From the NCBI RefSeq assembly GCF_028368995.1, contig NZ_JAQNDL010000001.1:32001-96000 (forward strand): a DNA stretch of 64,000 nucleotides. The letters are read 5' to 3'. A program made the position numbers and the translations under genes. The notes beneath the pieces were generated by a model that saw only the letters and a list, made by a program, of their open reading frames with translations, searched no databases and had not been told where the DNA came from. Below are positions 37,408 to 47,510 of this stretch, piece after piece. Within the stretch, counting starts at the first letter, position 1; each line of letters opens with the position of its first letter. This stretch comes from Nannocystis bainbridge. GTDB taxonomy: Bacteria > Myxococcota_A > Polyangia > Nannocystales > Nannocystaceae.

Positions 37408-39510
37408 ATGCGTCGATCTCTGCTCCTGTCCCTCGGCCTGGCCGTCGTTCCCGCCTGTTCCTCGCCGACGCCCGCCGACGCCGGCAAGGCCGCGCCGCCC
37501 GCCACCAAGGCCGCCACGCCGCCCGCCGCTGCGCCCGCCGCCGAGGCCCCCGAGCTCATCCCGCGCGAGCTCCTGTTCGGCAACCCCGAGCGCGTCAACG
37601 TCCAGATCAGCCCTGACGGCCAGCACCTCGCCTACGTCGCGCCGGTCGACGGCGTGCTCAACGTCCACGTCGCGCCGGCCGGCGATCCGACCGCGGCCAA
37701 GGCGGTCACTGCCGACAAGGCCCGCGGCATCACCCAGTACTTCTGGTCCTACCGCCCTGACACCCTGCTCTACATGCGCGACACCGGCGGCGACGAGGAT
37801 TTCCACCTCTACTCGCTCGACCTCAAGACCGGCGAGAGCCGCGACCTGACCCCGTTCCCCAAGACGCGCGCCGCCGTCAACGGCGTCAGCCACCTCCATC
37901 CGGACGTCGTGCTCGTCGGCATGAACGACCGCGACCAGCAGTGGCACGACCTCTACCGCGTCGACCTCGCGACCGGCGCACGGACCCTGGTCGAGCGCAA
38001 CGATCAGAAGCTGTCCGGCTACGTCACGGACCCCGACTTCAAGGTCCGCCTGGCCACCCGCACCCGCGACGACGGCGGCACCGAGGTCCTGAAGCCCGAC
38101 GGCCCCGGCAAGTGGAAGGTGTTCGAGCAGATCCCGTTCGACGACTCCCTCAGCACCGGCTTCGGCGGCTTCACCACCGACGGCAAGACCGCGTACCTGA
38201 GAGAGTCGCGCGACCGCAACACCGTCGCCCTGTACGCCGTCGACCTCGACACCGGCGCCAAGAAGCTGCTGCTCGAGGATCCGCGGGCCGACATCAGCAG
38301 CGCCATGGCCGACCCACGCACCGGCGTGGTGCGAGCGGTCGCCACCAACTACCTGCGCGAGGAGTGGAAGGCGCTCGACGACAGCATCAGCCGCGACCTC
38401 GAGAACCTCAAGGCCATCGGCCCCGGGGTCGTCAGCGTCACCTCGACCACGCTCGACGACAGCACCTGGATCGTCGCCTACGCGGCCGCCGAGGCCCCGG
38501 CCATCTACTACCGCTACACGCGGAGCGGCGGCTCGCTCACCAAGCTGTTCGCGGCCCGGCCCGCGCTCGAGGGCAAGCCGCTGACCAAGCAGTGGCCGCA
38601 GGAGATTCCCTCGCGCGACGGCCTCACGCTCGTCAGCTACCTGACCTTGCCGCACCAGTCCGACCCCGAGCAGGACGGCAAGCCGAACACGCCCGCGCCG
38701 CTGGTGCTGCACGTCCACGGCGGCCCGTGGGCGCGCGACAGCTACGGCTACGCCTCCACCCCGCAGTGGCTGGCCAACCGCGGCTACGCCGTGCTGCAGG
38801 TCAACTATCGCGGCTCGACCGGCTTCGGCAAGGACTTCGTCAACAAGTCCAACTTCGAGTGGTCCGGCAAGATGCACGAGGACCTGATCGACGCCGTCGA
38901 CTGGGCGATCAAGCAGGGCATCACCACCGCCGACCAGGTCGCGATCATGGGCGGCAGCTACGGCGGCTACGCCACCCTGGTCGGCCTGACCTTCACGCCC
39001 GACACCTTCAAGTGCGGCGTCGACGTCGTCGGCCCCTCCAACCTGGTGACCCTGTTCGAGACCTTCCCGGCCTACTGGGCCAGCTTCATGCAGCAGTGGT
39101 ACCACCGCGTCGGTGACTCGCGCACCGACGAGGGCAAGCAGAAGCTGCTCGCGCGCTCGCCGATCAGCCACGTCGACAAGATCAAGAAGCCGCTGCTCAT
39201 CGCCCAGGGCGCCAACGACCCGCGGGTCAAGCAGGCCGAGAGCGACCAGATCGTCGAGGCCATGAAGGCCAAGAACATCCCGGTCACCTACGTGCTGTTC
39301 CCCGACGAGGGCCATGGCTTCGCCCGCTCGGAGAACAACAAGGCCTTCACCGCCGCCGCCGAGGGCTTCCTCGGCACCTGCCTCGGCGGCCGCGTCGAGC
39401 CGGTCGGCAAGGACCTCGCCGGCTCGAGCATCACCGTCCCGGTCGGCGCCGACATCGTGCCCGGCCTCGCCGACGCCCTGCGCTCGCACACGCAGGCGAT
39501 CAAGAACTGA
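37408..39510 (+). CDS. S9-family (dipeptidyl aminopeptidase/acylaminoacyl) peptidase, lipoprotein
   Basis: Lipobox VPAC; VHGGPW, NYRGSTGFG, GGSYGG, QGANDPRV, DEGHGF. Confidence 0.95.
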   Translation: MRRSLLLSLGLAVVPACSSPTPADAGKAAPPATKAATPPAAAPAAEAPELIPRELLFGNPERVNVQISPDGQHLAYVAPVDGVLNVHVAPAGDPTAAKAVTADKARGITQYFWSYRPDTLLYMRDTGGDEDFHLYSLDLKTGESRDLTPFPKTRAAVNGVSHLHPDVVLVGMNDRDQQWHDLYRVDLATGARTLVERNDQKLSGYVTDPDFKVRLATRTRDDGGTEVLKPDGPGKWKVFEQIPFDDSLSTGFGGFTTDGKTAYLRESRDRNTVALYAVDLDTGAKKLLLEDPRADISSAMADPRTGVVRAVATNYLREEWKALDDSISRDLENLKAIGPGVVSVTSTTLDDSTWIVAYAAAEAPAIYYRYTRSGGSLTKLFAARPALEGKPLTKQWPQEIPSRDGLTLVSYLTLPHQSDPEQDGKPNTPAPLVLHVHGGPWARDSYGYASTPQWLANRGYAVLQVNYRGSTGFGKDFVNKSNFEWSGKMHEDLIDAVDWAIKQGITTADQVAIMGGSYGGYATLVGLTFTPDTFKCGVDVVGPSNLVTLFETFPAYWASFMQQWYHRVGDSRTDEGKQKLLARSPISHVDKIKKPLLIAQGANDPRVKQAESDQIVEAMKAKNIPVTYVLFPDEGHGFARSENNKAFTAAAEGFLGTCLGGRVEPVGKDLAGSSITVPVGADIVPGLADALRSHTQAIKN

Positions 39511-39530
39511 CGCACCCGCGTCGCAAGCAT

Positions 39531-39660
39531 CGCCGCGATGCCCGAGCAACGACGAGGTCGTGCTCGGGGTCGCGGCGCTTCCGTGTCCTCGCACGAGGTC
39601 GCCGCGACCCCCGAGCAACGACGCGATCGTGCTCGAGGCCCGCCTCTCGCATCCTCGTGC
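39531..39660. repeat. Two 69-bp-spaced imperfect hairpins (REP-like) after the peptidase
   Basis: CCCGAGCAACGACGAGGTCGTGCTCGGGG (39541) and CCCGAGCAACGACGCGATCGTGCTCGAGG (39610). Confidence 0.65.
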
Positions 39661-39947
39661 ATCGTCACGGTGACGGCGCCGCAATCAGGCCGGCCTCGCT
39701 CGTGGCTTCCTCCGACCTCGCCCCGATGCCGGCCTCATCCGCTCGCCCGCGATCTCCCGAGCAGACCTCGTCCTCGACCGCGAAGCGTTAAGCAGCTCCT
39801 TAGCCGCCCCTGGCGCGCGGCCCGACGACCCCAGGAGTCTCTCCATCGCCACCGCCTTCGCTCGCGCGGTCTCGACCTGTCCCCGGGGACATCCTCGATC
39901 CATCTGTCCCGAGGGACATATCGTAACAGTCCGCGCTGGCCGCGATT

Positions 39948-42197
39948 TTGTTATCTTCGATCCTCGTGCCCGAGACGGAGCCCCCAGCGCCCGCGCGTGG
40001 TTCGCCCCCCGACCCCGCCGCGGCCTCCGGCAGTTCGCCTGCTGCGCGGCTGACCGGCGCCCACCGGCTCGTCAGCGCCGAGACCACCGGCTTCTTCGAC
40101 GCCCTGCCGCACGGCACCCTGCTGATGCGCCTGTGGGCCCGCTTCGGCCTGCTCATGGGCCAGCAGCTCGCGCGGGTGGTCCAGGACGACCACGTGTTCC
40201 TCCTCGTGATGGCCGCGGTGGTCGGCACCACCAGCGGCGTCGCGGCCGGCGCGTTGCTGGCGTGGATCGAGTACGCCTTCCGCCTGTTCCCGCGGCCCGA
40301 GGAGAGCAGCGCGCTGGTCCGCTGGGCCGCGGTCATCGGCGTCCCGGTGCTCGGCGGACTCGCGGCCGGCGGCCTCCAATTCGTGCTCCGCCGCCTGCTC
40401 CGCCAGGCGCCGGTGCTCGGCATCCCGGGCGTCATCGAGGCCATCGCGCGCAAGCAGGGCACGATCCACGGGCGCCAGGCCGTCGTCGTCGGCGTCGGCA
40501 CCGGCATCACCATCGGCAGCGGCGGCTCGTGCGGGCACGAGGGTCCGAGCGTGGCGATCGGCGCGGCCGTGGGCAGCAGCCTGGCGCGCTTCTTCGGCCT
40601 GCGGATGCGCTGGCACCTGGCGATGGTCGGGGCCGGGTGCGCCGGCGGCCTCGCGGCGGCCTTCAACGCCCCGCTGGCCGGGGTCGTGTTCACCGTCGAG
40701 ATCGTGTTCGGCGGCGCCATCGGCGGCAACATCGGCACCATGTCGGTGTTCGTGCCGCTGATCGTCGCCGCGGTCGCCGGCACCTTCACCTCGCACGTGA
40801 TCCGCGGCGAGCACCTGACCTTTGCGACAGTCGAGCACGGCGACGCCGGCCTCGCGGAGATGGGCCTCTTCATCGCCCTCGCCGCGCTCGCCGGCGTCAT
40901 CGGCACGCTCATGGGCCGCGCCGTGCTGGGCACCACCCGCTGGTTCCAGCGCCTCAAGGCCCCCGAGCTGCTCAAGCCGGCGCTCGGCGCCCTCGGCGTC
41001 GGCCTGCTCGCCGCGATCGTCTCCAACGACATCCTCGGCGCCGGTCATGCCACCGTCAGCGAGGCGCTGCAGGGCTCGCTCGGCTGGCAGATGGCGCTCG
41101 CGCTGCTCGGCCTCAAGCTCGTCGCCACCGCGATGACCGTCGGCAGCGGCGGCTTCGGCGGCGTGTTCATGCCCTCGCTGTACATCGGCGCCTGCCTCGG
41201 CACCGTCGTCGGCGCGCTGGCCCAGTTCGCGCTCGGCCCCGCCGCCGAGTCGACCGGCTCCTACGCGCTCGTCGGCATGGGGGCGATCTTCGCCGCCACC
41301 ATGCACGCCCCGCTGACGCCGATCGTGATGATCTTCGAGCTCACCCAGGACTACGAGATCATCCTCCCGCTGATGCTCGGCTGCATCCTCGCGGTGTTCG
41401 TCGCCCGCCGCATGACCCCGCGCAGCCTGTTCCAGGAGGCCCTGCACCAGCAGGGCGTGGTGCTCGGCCACGAGGCCGAGGTCGAGGTGATGAAGCGCGG
41501 CCACGTCGCCGACCTCATGCGCCCGCCGCCGCGCGCCCTGTCCGAAGGGACAGCCGCCGCCGAGGTCCGGCGCGTCGCGCTCGACGAGGGTCGCTCGCCG
41601 TTCGTCATCGACGACACCGGCGCGGTGGTCGGGTGGATCGACGCCGACCTGCTGGCCAAGCGGGTCCTGCACGGCGACGTCGCCCCCGAGGCCGCCGCGC
41701 GCGACCTCATGTCCGACGTCCAGCTCGCCCTGCTCTACCCGACCGACACCCTCGCCGGCGCCATGCTGGCCTCCGCGCGCTGCAGCGCCGAGGTCTTGCC
41801 GGTCGTCGATCCCGAGCGGCGCCTCGTCGGCGTGCTGCGCCGCGGCGACCTGATGGCCCACTACAGCGACAAGGTGCTCGGCCAGCAAGAAGAGGCCGTG
41901 CACATGCACACCACCGGCGGCGGCGCCCACGGCCACGAGGTCGGCCTCGGCAAGGGCATGATCCTCGATCACATCATCGTCGGTCGCCGCTGGGCCGGCC
42001 GCACCCTCGCCGACCTCGCGCTGCGCTCGCACACCGGCGCCACCGTCGTCGAGCTGTTGCGCGGCGAGGCCCCGCTCCCGCTCGACCCCAACGCCCCGTT
42101 GCAGCAGGGCGACGTGCTCGCGGTCGTCGGCACCCGCGAGCAGATCCTCGCCGCCCGTCGCATGAGCCCCACGCGCCCCGGCGCGCCGGTCGGCTGA
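39948..42197 (+). CDS. ClC-family chloride channel/Cl-/H+ antiporter with CBS pair and C-terminal TrkA_C (RCK_C) domain
   Basis: GIPG, GSGGSCGHEGP, AFNAPLAG, GGVFMP, HAPLT; CBS-like and GRTLADLALR..GDVLAVVG tail; start uncertain (39948 or 39966). Confidence 0.9.
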   Translation: MLSSILVPETEPPAPARGSPPDPAAASGSSPAARLTGAHRLVSAETTGFFDALPHGTLLMRLWARFGLLMGQQLARVVQDDHVFLLVMAAVVGTTSGVAAGALLAWIEYAFRLFPRPEESSALVRWAAVIGVPVLGGLAAGGLQFVLRRLLRQAPVLGIPGVIEAIARKQGTIHGRQAVVVGVGTGITIGSGGSCGHEGPSVAIGAAVGSSLARFFGLRMRWHLAMVGAGCAGGLAAAFNAPLAGVVFTVEIVFGGAIGGNIGTMSVFVPLIVAAVAGTFTSHVIRGEHLTFATVEHGDAGLAEMGLFIALAALAGVIGTLMGRAVLGTTRWFQRLKAPELLKPALGALGVGLLAAIVSNDILGAGHATVSEALQGSLGWQMALALLGLKLVATAMTVGSGGFGGVFMPSLYIGACLGTVVGALAQFALGPAAESTGSYALVGMGAIFAATMHAPLTPIVMIFELTQDYEIILPLMLGCILAVFVARRMTPRSLFQEALHQQGVVLGHEAEVEVMKRGHVADLMRPPPRALSEGTAAAEVRRVALDEGRSPFVIDDTGAVVGWIDADLLAKRVLHGDVAPEAAARDLMSDVQLALLYPTDTLAGAMLASARCSAEVLPVVDPERRLVGVLRRGDLMAHYSDKVLGQQEEAVHMHTTGGGAHGHEVGLGKGMILDHIIVGRRWAGRTLADLALRSHTGATVVELLRGEAPLPLDPNAPLQQGDVLAVVGTREQILAARRMSPTRPGAPVG

Positions 42198-42336
42198 CGT
42201 GTCCCCGGGGACAGCTCCCCCGCCGCCGAGATGCACCGAAGGACAGGCCGCGTGCGACGAGTCGCACGGGCGCTGTTCGACCGACCACCCGCGCTTCTTC
42301 GCCCCGCCCGTCCCGCAGGCGCGCTACCCTCGGCCC

Positions 42337-42816
42337 GTGCCGCACGACCCCCAGGCCTGGATCGACGCGCTCCGACTCGTCCCGCACCCCGAGGGCGGGC
42401 ACTACCGCGAGACCTACCGCGCCGCGCTCGGCGTCGTGCGCGACGGTCAGCCGCGCACCGCCTCGACCGCGATCTATTACTTGCTCCGCCACGGCGAGCG
42501 CTCGCGCCTGCACCGGATCCGCAGCGACGAGCTCTGGCACTTCCACGCCGGCGACGGCCTGCAGGTCCACGTCTTCGCCGACGACGGTCACAGCGTCCTG
42601 CGCCTCGGCCTGGACCTCGCCGCCGCCGAGGCCCCGCAGCAGTGGGTCGCCGCCGGCGCGTGGTTCGGCGCCGAGGTCGAGCGGCCCGGCGGCTGGGCCC
42701 TCGTCAGCTGCACCGTCGCGCCCGGCTTCGAGTTCGCCGACCTCGAGTTCGCCGACCGCGCCGCGCTGGTCCGCGCCTTCCCCGAGAGCGCCGACATCAT
42801 TACCCGCCTCACCTGA
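42337..42816 (+). CDS. Cupin, DUF985/Cupin_5 family
   Basis: PHPEGGHYRET, STAIYYLL, HRIRSDELWHFHAG, CTVAPGFEF. Confidence 0.92.
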   Translation: MPHDPQAWIDALRLVPHPEGGHYRETYRAALGVVRDGQPRTASTAIYYLLRHGERSRLHRIRSDELWHFHAGDGLQVHVFADDGHSVLRLGLDLAAAEAPQQWVAAGAWFGAEVERPGGWALVSCTVAPGFEFADLEFADRAALVRAFPESADIITRLT

Positions 42817-43298
42817 GCCGCGCGCGCCTCGCCCGGGCTTCCCACGGCGCGGACGATCGCAGTCACCGCTCACAGGCCTCAGGCTAGCGAACGCGCGAAC
42901 GCAACTCTCGGCGAGCGAGCTCCGCTCTTCGACGCGCGAGCCGTCACTCCCGGCCACGCCTCTCGCGCTCGACGAGCGAGCGCTGCCATCGACCGCGCCC
43001 TCGTCGTCACCTCGCGGTCCCACTCCCCTGGCGCGAACGCGGTCACGCTCACGCTCGACGAGCGAGCTCCGCTCATCGACCTGCGAGCGCAGACCCTCGC
43101 GCCCACGCATCACTCCAGTCGCGCGCCACCGACCTCGCCGATCGCTCGGCTGAAGATCGCGGTCACGCGCCACCCCCGTTGAATATTCCCCGGGAACCTC
43201 GCCCCCGGCCCGCTGTCTGCCCCTCCGAAGCGACGCGTGCGGCCGATGTGCGGCCGCGATGTCCGTCGCTACATGTCCTTTGAGACAGTTGCATCGCC

Positions 43299-43826
43299 GT
43301 GGAGGATCCCGCCGTGCCCACCCGCAAGCCGACCGAGGAAGAGACCGTCAACGCCGACCTCCTGCCCGTCATGAACGTCATGTTCTTGCTGATCCCCGCC
43401 CTGCTGTTGGCGATGGAGTTCGCGAGCATGGCCCAGATCTCGATCGCGGTGCCTCGCACCGTCAGCAGCCCGACCGCCCAGCCGCGAGACCCTAGCCAGC
43501 CCGAGCTCGGCTTCAAGGTCACCATCGGCAGCGACGGCTTCCGCACCCGCTCCGGCGGCGCCGACGCCGGGCCAGGCGCGATCCCCATGAGCGGCGGCGA
43601 CTACGACTACGCCGCCCTCGCCACCGCCGCCCGCGACCTCAAGCACCTGTTCCCCGCCGAGTCGACCGTCACGATCACCGCCGAGGGCGACGTGCCGATG
43701 GACGTCCTGGTCCGCACCATCGACGTCCTCCGCGGTGACCGCTGCAAGCTCGGCGGCGTCACCCGCGGCGAGCAGCCGGGCGACGAGTGTCTGTTCTGGT
43801 CGCCGGTGATCGAGAGCGTCGGCTGA
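43299..43826 (+). CDS. ExbD/TolR-family biopolymer transporter
   Basis: DLLPVMNVMFLLIPALL TM helix; ITAEGDVPMDVLVRTID. Confidence 0.8.
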   Translation: MEDPAVPTRKPTEEETVNADLLPVMNVMFLLIPALLLAMEFASMAQISIAVPRTVSSPTAQPRDPSQPELGFKVTIGSDGFRTRSGGADAGPGAIPMSGGDYDYAALATAARDLKHLFPAESTVTITAEGDVPMDVLVRTIDVLRGDRCKLGGVTRGEQPGDECLFWSPVIESVG

Positions 43827-43988
43827 GCCGCCGCGGACCCTGGACCTCGCGCGCAGGACGACGCGCGAGGTCCTTCGGGCGCCGAAGTTGGACATGACCC
43901 AAGGGACAGCCCATCCGCGGGTCGTCTCGTGACCTCGATTTGTCGCGTCACTCGCTTGTCCCGAAGGACATCCGGCGAGCGCCGCGCC

Positions 43989-44324
43989 TCAGTAGTCCTC
44001 GACCCACTCCGCGATCGGTGTTTCCTCGCCGACGTGGCGCTCGAGAATGACCATCGCCTTCTCCTCGGTCACCCCGGGATAAAAGCCGGGCCCGCTCACG
44101 TCGCGCGGCTCTTCCTCGCCCTTCTCGTTGGGGGCCAGCGGCCGCACGAACACGTTGGGCCCGTCGCTGCAGCGGCCGAAGCAGTTGTAGGCCACCACAT
44201 GGCAGCGGGCCTTCAGCCCGGGATCGGCCGCGACCCCCGCCTTGAGCAGCGTCACCAGGCGATCGCTTTCGTGGGTGATGCCGCAGCTCGGGCCGTCGCA
44301 GACGAGGATCTGGAACCTACGCAT
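43989..44324 (-). CDS. Thioredoxin-like [2Fe-2S] ferredoxin
   Basis: CDGPSC...CFGRCSDGPNV...FYPGVT...ILERH; start at ATG 44324. Confidence 0.85.
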   Translation of the reverse strand: MRRFQILVCDGPSCGITHESDRLVTLLKAGVAADPGLKARCHVVAYNCFGRCSDGPNVFVRPLAPNEKGEEEPRDVSGPGFYPGVTEEKAMVILERHVGEETPIAEWVEDY

Positions 44325-44420
44325 GACGCCCGGGCCTTGTAGCGAACAACGCCCAGGCCCCGCAAGTCGCCCGTCTGCCGGTTTTTTGGCGGTCCGGCGC
44401 GCGGCGAGTAGCGTCGCTCC

Positions 44421-47072
44421 ATGATCGGACCCACGGAGCCTGGCGTGCGCAGCGGCTCGCGCCGAACCTCGCCAGCCGCGCCGCGGGCCGGCTGCTCGTG
44501 CGAGCTGCTGCTCTCGCTGTGCGCCGCCGACTCCGTCCAGGGCGTCCTCTCCGCGCACGGGCTCGACGTCGCCCGCCTGCGCGCCGTCGTCGACGAGCTC
44601 CACGCCGAGGTCGAGACCGAGCCGGCCGACTGGCGCCTGCGGATCACCCAGCGCGGCGGCCGCGCGGCCGATCCCGACCTCGATCTCCTGCTCGCCCTCG
44701 TCCGCTCCGCCGACTCCCACGCCTACCAGCTGCTCGAGCGCGCCGGCGCCGCCTGCGGCGCCCTGCGCAAGCTCCTGATCGACCGCCTGCGCGCGCTCGA
44801 GGCCGCCGCGCTCAATGGGACAGGTCCTTCGCGCCATGTCGGATCGGCCATGTCCTCCGAGACATCCGCCCCGCGGCGCCCCGTCGTCCAGCGCATGTCG
44901 ACCGCCCGGGCCGGCGAGCGCCCGGTCCGGCGCTCGCTCGCCGACGCCCGCCCTGCTGACCTGTCCCCGAGGACATCTCAGGCCGGCGACGCCCCGCGCC
45001 CGACCCGCGGCGGCGCCCGCACCTGGTCCGAAGACCAGGAGCGCGCCCGCCCCGTCCCCGCGCGCCCGACCGACGTCCGCACCTGGCCCGTCGACCACCC
45101 CGCGCGCGTCCGCCTCGACGCCAGCGACGGTTCGCCGGCGCGCGCTCGCCTCGAGCCTCGCACCTGGCCCGAAGACCAGCCCACGCGCGCCCGCCTCGAC
45201 GCCGCCGGCGACGGCCCGCGCGCCCGCACCTGGCCCGAAGACCAGCCCGAGGCCCGCCCCGCTCGCCGCACCGCACGCGAGCAGCCGCGCCTGCTGGCCC
45301 GCACCGATCCTCGCCCCGGACCCGCTACCGCCCTGTCCCCGCGGCCAGGTCCCAACGCCCAGGTCGCGACCGCCGTCGAGCCCGAGCCGCGCCTCGCTCC
45401 GGTGTCGCAGCCCGAGCCGCGCAACCACCGTCTGGCCCCGCTCGACCCGTCGGCCCTGCCGCCGCTGCACGGTCGCGAGGGCGAGCTGGCGCGCCTGGCC
45501 GACGCCGTCCTGCGCCGCTCGCCGCGCCCGCCGCTGCTCGTCGGCCCGCCCGGCAGCGGCCGCACCCTGGTCGCCAAGCACCTCGCCGGCCTGCTGCACC
45601 AGCCGGTCTTCTACCTGTCCGCGACCCGCTACGAAGACGAGGACGGCCTGCGCGCCGACCTCGCCGCCGTCGCCAAGCAGGGCGGCGTCGCCATCCTCGA
45701 CGACCTCGATCGGCTCGGCGGCGACGGCCCGCCGGCGCTGCTCGGCGCCCTCGCCAAGGCCTGGTCTTCGGGACAGCCGCCGATCGTCGCCGTCGCCTCG
45801 CCCGAGGGCCAGGCTCGCCTCGGCGCCTGGGCGCCCGGCCTGACCGCCGCGCTCGACCTCGTCACCCTCCAGCCGCTCGAGGGCGACGACCTGCGCGCCG
45901 CCGTGGCCGCCGCCGCGCCCGCGGTGCTGGCCCAGCATGGCCTGTCTCTCGGGTCAGGTGGCCGCCTGGCCGAGCTCGTGCGCCTGGCCGACCGCTTCCT
46001 CGCCGGCCTGGCTCAGCCCGGCCGCAGCCTCGACCTGCTCGACCTCGCCTGCGCCCGCACCGCCCGCGAGGGCCGCGGCAGCGTCCAGCGCGACACCTGG
46101 ATCGACATCGTCTGCGAGCGCAGCGGCGTCCCGCGCGAGCGCCTCGAGGGCCAGGGCCACCAGGACATGCTCGAGCTCGAGGCCGAGCTCGCGCGCAAGG
46201 TCGTCGGCCACGAGCACGCGCTGTCGGCCGTCGCCCAGCTGATCCGCAGGAACCGCGCCGGCTTCGGCTCGCAGCGCCCGATCGCCACCGTGCTGCTGCT
46301 CGGCCCCAGCGGCGTCGGCAAGACCGAGATCGCCAAGGCCCTGTGCGGGGCCCTGTTCGACCGCCCCGACGCGTTCGTCCGCCTCGACATGAGCGAGTAC
46401 GCCGAGGCCCACGCGGTCGCGCGCATCGTCGGCGCCCCGCCCGGCTACGTCGGCCACGAGCAGGGCGGCGCGCTGACCGACCCGCTGCTCAAGCAGCCGC
46501 ACTGCGTGGTCCTGCTCGACGAGATCGAGAAGGCCCACCGCGACGTCCACCAGCTGCTGCTGCAGGTGTTCGACGAGGGCCGCCTCACCGACGGCCGCGG
46601 CCGCACCATCGATTTCCGCCACGCCGCGATCCTCATGACCTCGAACCTCGGCGCCGGCTGCCTCGACGCCACCGGCGACGCCCGGCTCGACGAGGCCCGC
46701 GTGCTCGAGGCCGCCCGCGCCGCCTTCCCGGTCGAGCTGTGGAACCGCATCGAGGCCCCGCTGGTGCTCCACCCGCTCGGCGAGGCCCACCTCTCCCGGA
46801 TCTGCGCCCGCCTGGTCCGCGCCTCCTCCGACCGCCTGCTGCGCGAGCGCGGCATCCGCTACCGCCTCACCGACGCCGCCACCCGCCACGTCGTCGGCCT
46901 GTGCGGAACGGACATGTCCCTTGGGGCACGTCCCTTGCGACATGTCCTTACGCGCAGCGTCGAGGCCCTGCTCGCCGACGCGATCCTGCGCGGCCAGATC
47001 CGCGCCGGCATGCAGGTCGAGGTCGACCTCGATCACGCCGGCGCGCTGATGCTCCTGGCCTCGCGCGCCTAG
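44421..47072 (+). CDS. ClpA/ClpB-like AAA+ ATPase with a long repetitive linker and degenerate NBD1
   Basis: NBD2 intact (GPSGVGKT, RLDMSEY, GAPPGYVG, LLDEIEKAH, GARPL); NBD1 reads GPPGSGRT/ILDDLD. Confidence 0.88.
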   Translation: MIGPTEPGVRSGSRRTSPAAPRAGCSCELLLSLCAADSVQGVLSAHGLDVARLRAVVDELHAEVETEPADWRLRITQRGGRAADPDLDLLLALVRSADSHAYQLLERAGAACGALRKLLIDRLRALEAAALNGTGPSRHVGSAMSSETSAPRRPVVQRMSTARAGERPVRRSLADARPADLSPRTSQAGDAPRPTRGGARTWSEDQERARPVPARPTDVRTWPVDHPARVRLDASDGSPARARLEPRTWPEDQPTRARLDAAGDGPRARTWPEDQPEARPARRTAREQPRLLARTDPRPGPATALSPRPGPNAQVATAVEPEPRLAPVSQPEPRNHRLAPLDPSALPPLHGREGELARLADAVLRRSPRPPLLVGPPGSGRTLVAKHLAGLLHQPVFYLSATRYEDEDGLRADLAAVAKQGGVAILDDLDRLGGDGPPALLGALAKAWSSGQPPIVAVASPEGQARLGAWAPGLTAALDLVTLQPLEGDDLRAAVAAAAPAVLAQHGLSLGSGGRLAELVRLADRFLAGLAQPGRSLDLLDLACARTAREGRGSVQRDTWIDIVCERSGVPRERLEGQGHQDMLELEAELARKVVGHEHALSAVAQLIRRNRAGFGSQRPIATVLLLGPSGVGKTEIAKALCGALFDRPDAFVRLDMSEYAEAHAVARIVGAPPGYVGHEQGGALTDPLLKQPHCVVLLDEIEKAHRDVHQLLLQVFDEGRLTDGRGRTIDFRHAAILMTSNLGAGCLDATGDARLDEARVLEAARAAFPVELWNRIEAPLVLHPLGEAHLSRICARLVRASSDRLLRERGIRYRLTDAATRHVVGLCGTDMSLGARPLRHVLTRSVEALLADAILRGQIRAGMQVEVDLDHAGALMLLASRA
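46901..46956. repeat. 14-bp-unit array (about 4 units) encoding the conserved GARPL motif
   Basis: ..GGACA TGTCCcttgGGGCA CGTCCcttgCGACA TGTCCttacGCGCA. Confidence 0.82.
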
Positions 47073-47510
47073 TCGAAGACCTGCGCTCGTCTGCGCCGCT
47101 CGCCGACCCGAGGGCCGGCGCGTGCACGCGGTTCGCCGGGCCCTGCGCCGCGAGCTGCCGCCCTCCGGCGTCTCGCGCTGCAATCGCCCGCGACGGCGAC
47201 ACCCGGGCGATCCCGGCCCTCGTCGACGCCGACGCCCGCGCGCCCGTGGCCTTCGCAGCTCGCAGCCAGCTTCCGCCAGCGTGCGCGCTTGCATGCGCGC
47301 GTCCTGTCTCGACCCCTTCCACGGTCCTCGCCGCGCTCGCGGCTCGCCTGCTCGCCTGCGCGTGAAGCCCCGCGAGCGCTCGCGGTGACCGCGCGAAGAC
47401 GCCGCCGAAGCCACCGCCACGGACCCCCGCGACCCCCCGTGAAACGTCGTTGTGCGGGCTGCCAGCGACCGGCCCGTGGCCCCTGGTAGAAGCGAGCAAG
47501 GCCGGATATT

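Noticed and set aside
47073-47510. Possible gene or ncRNA in this spacer (also 14280-14650 and 59180-59500)
   Set aside because: No ORF with coding-like bias and no recognisable tRNA, riboswitch or other RNA signature by eye; a covariance-model search would be needed.
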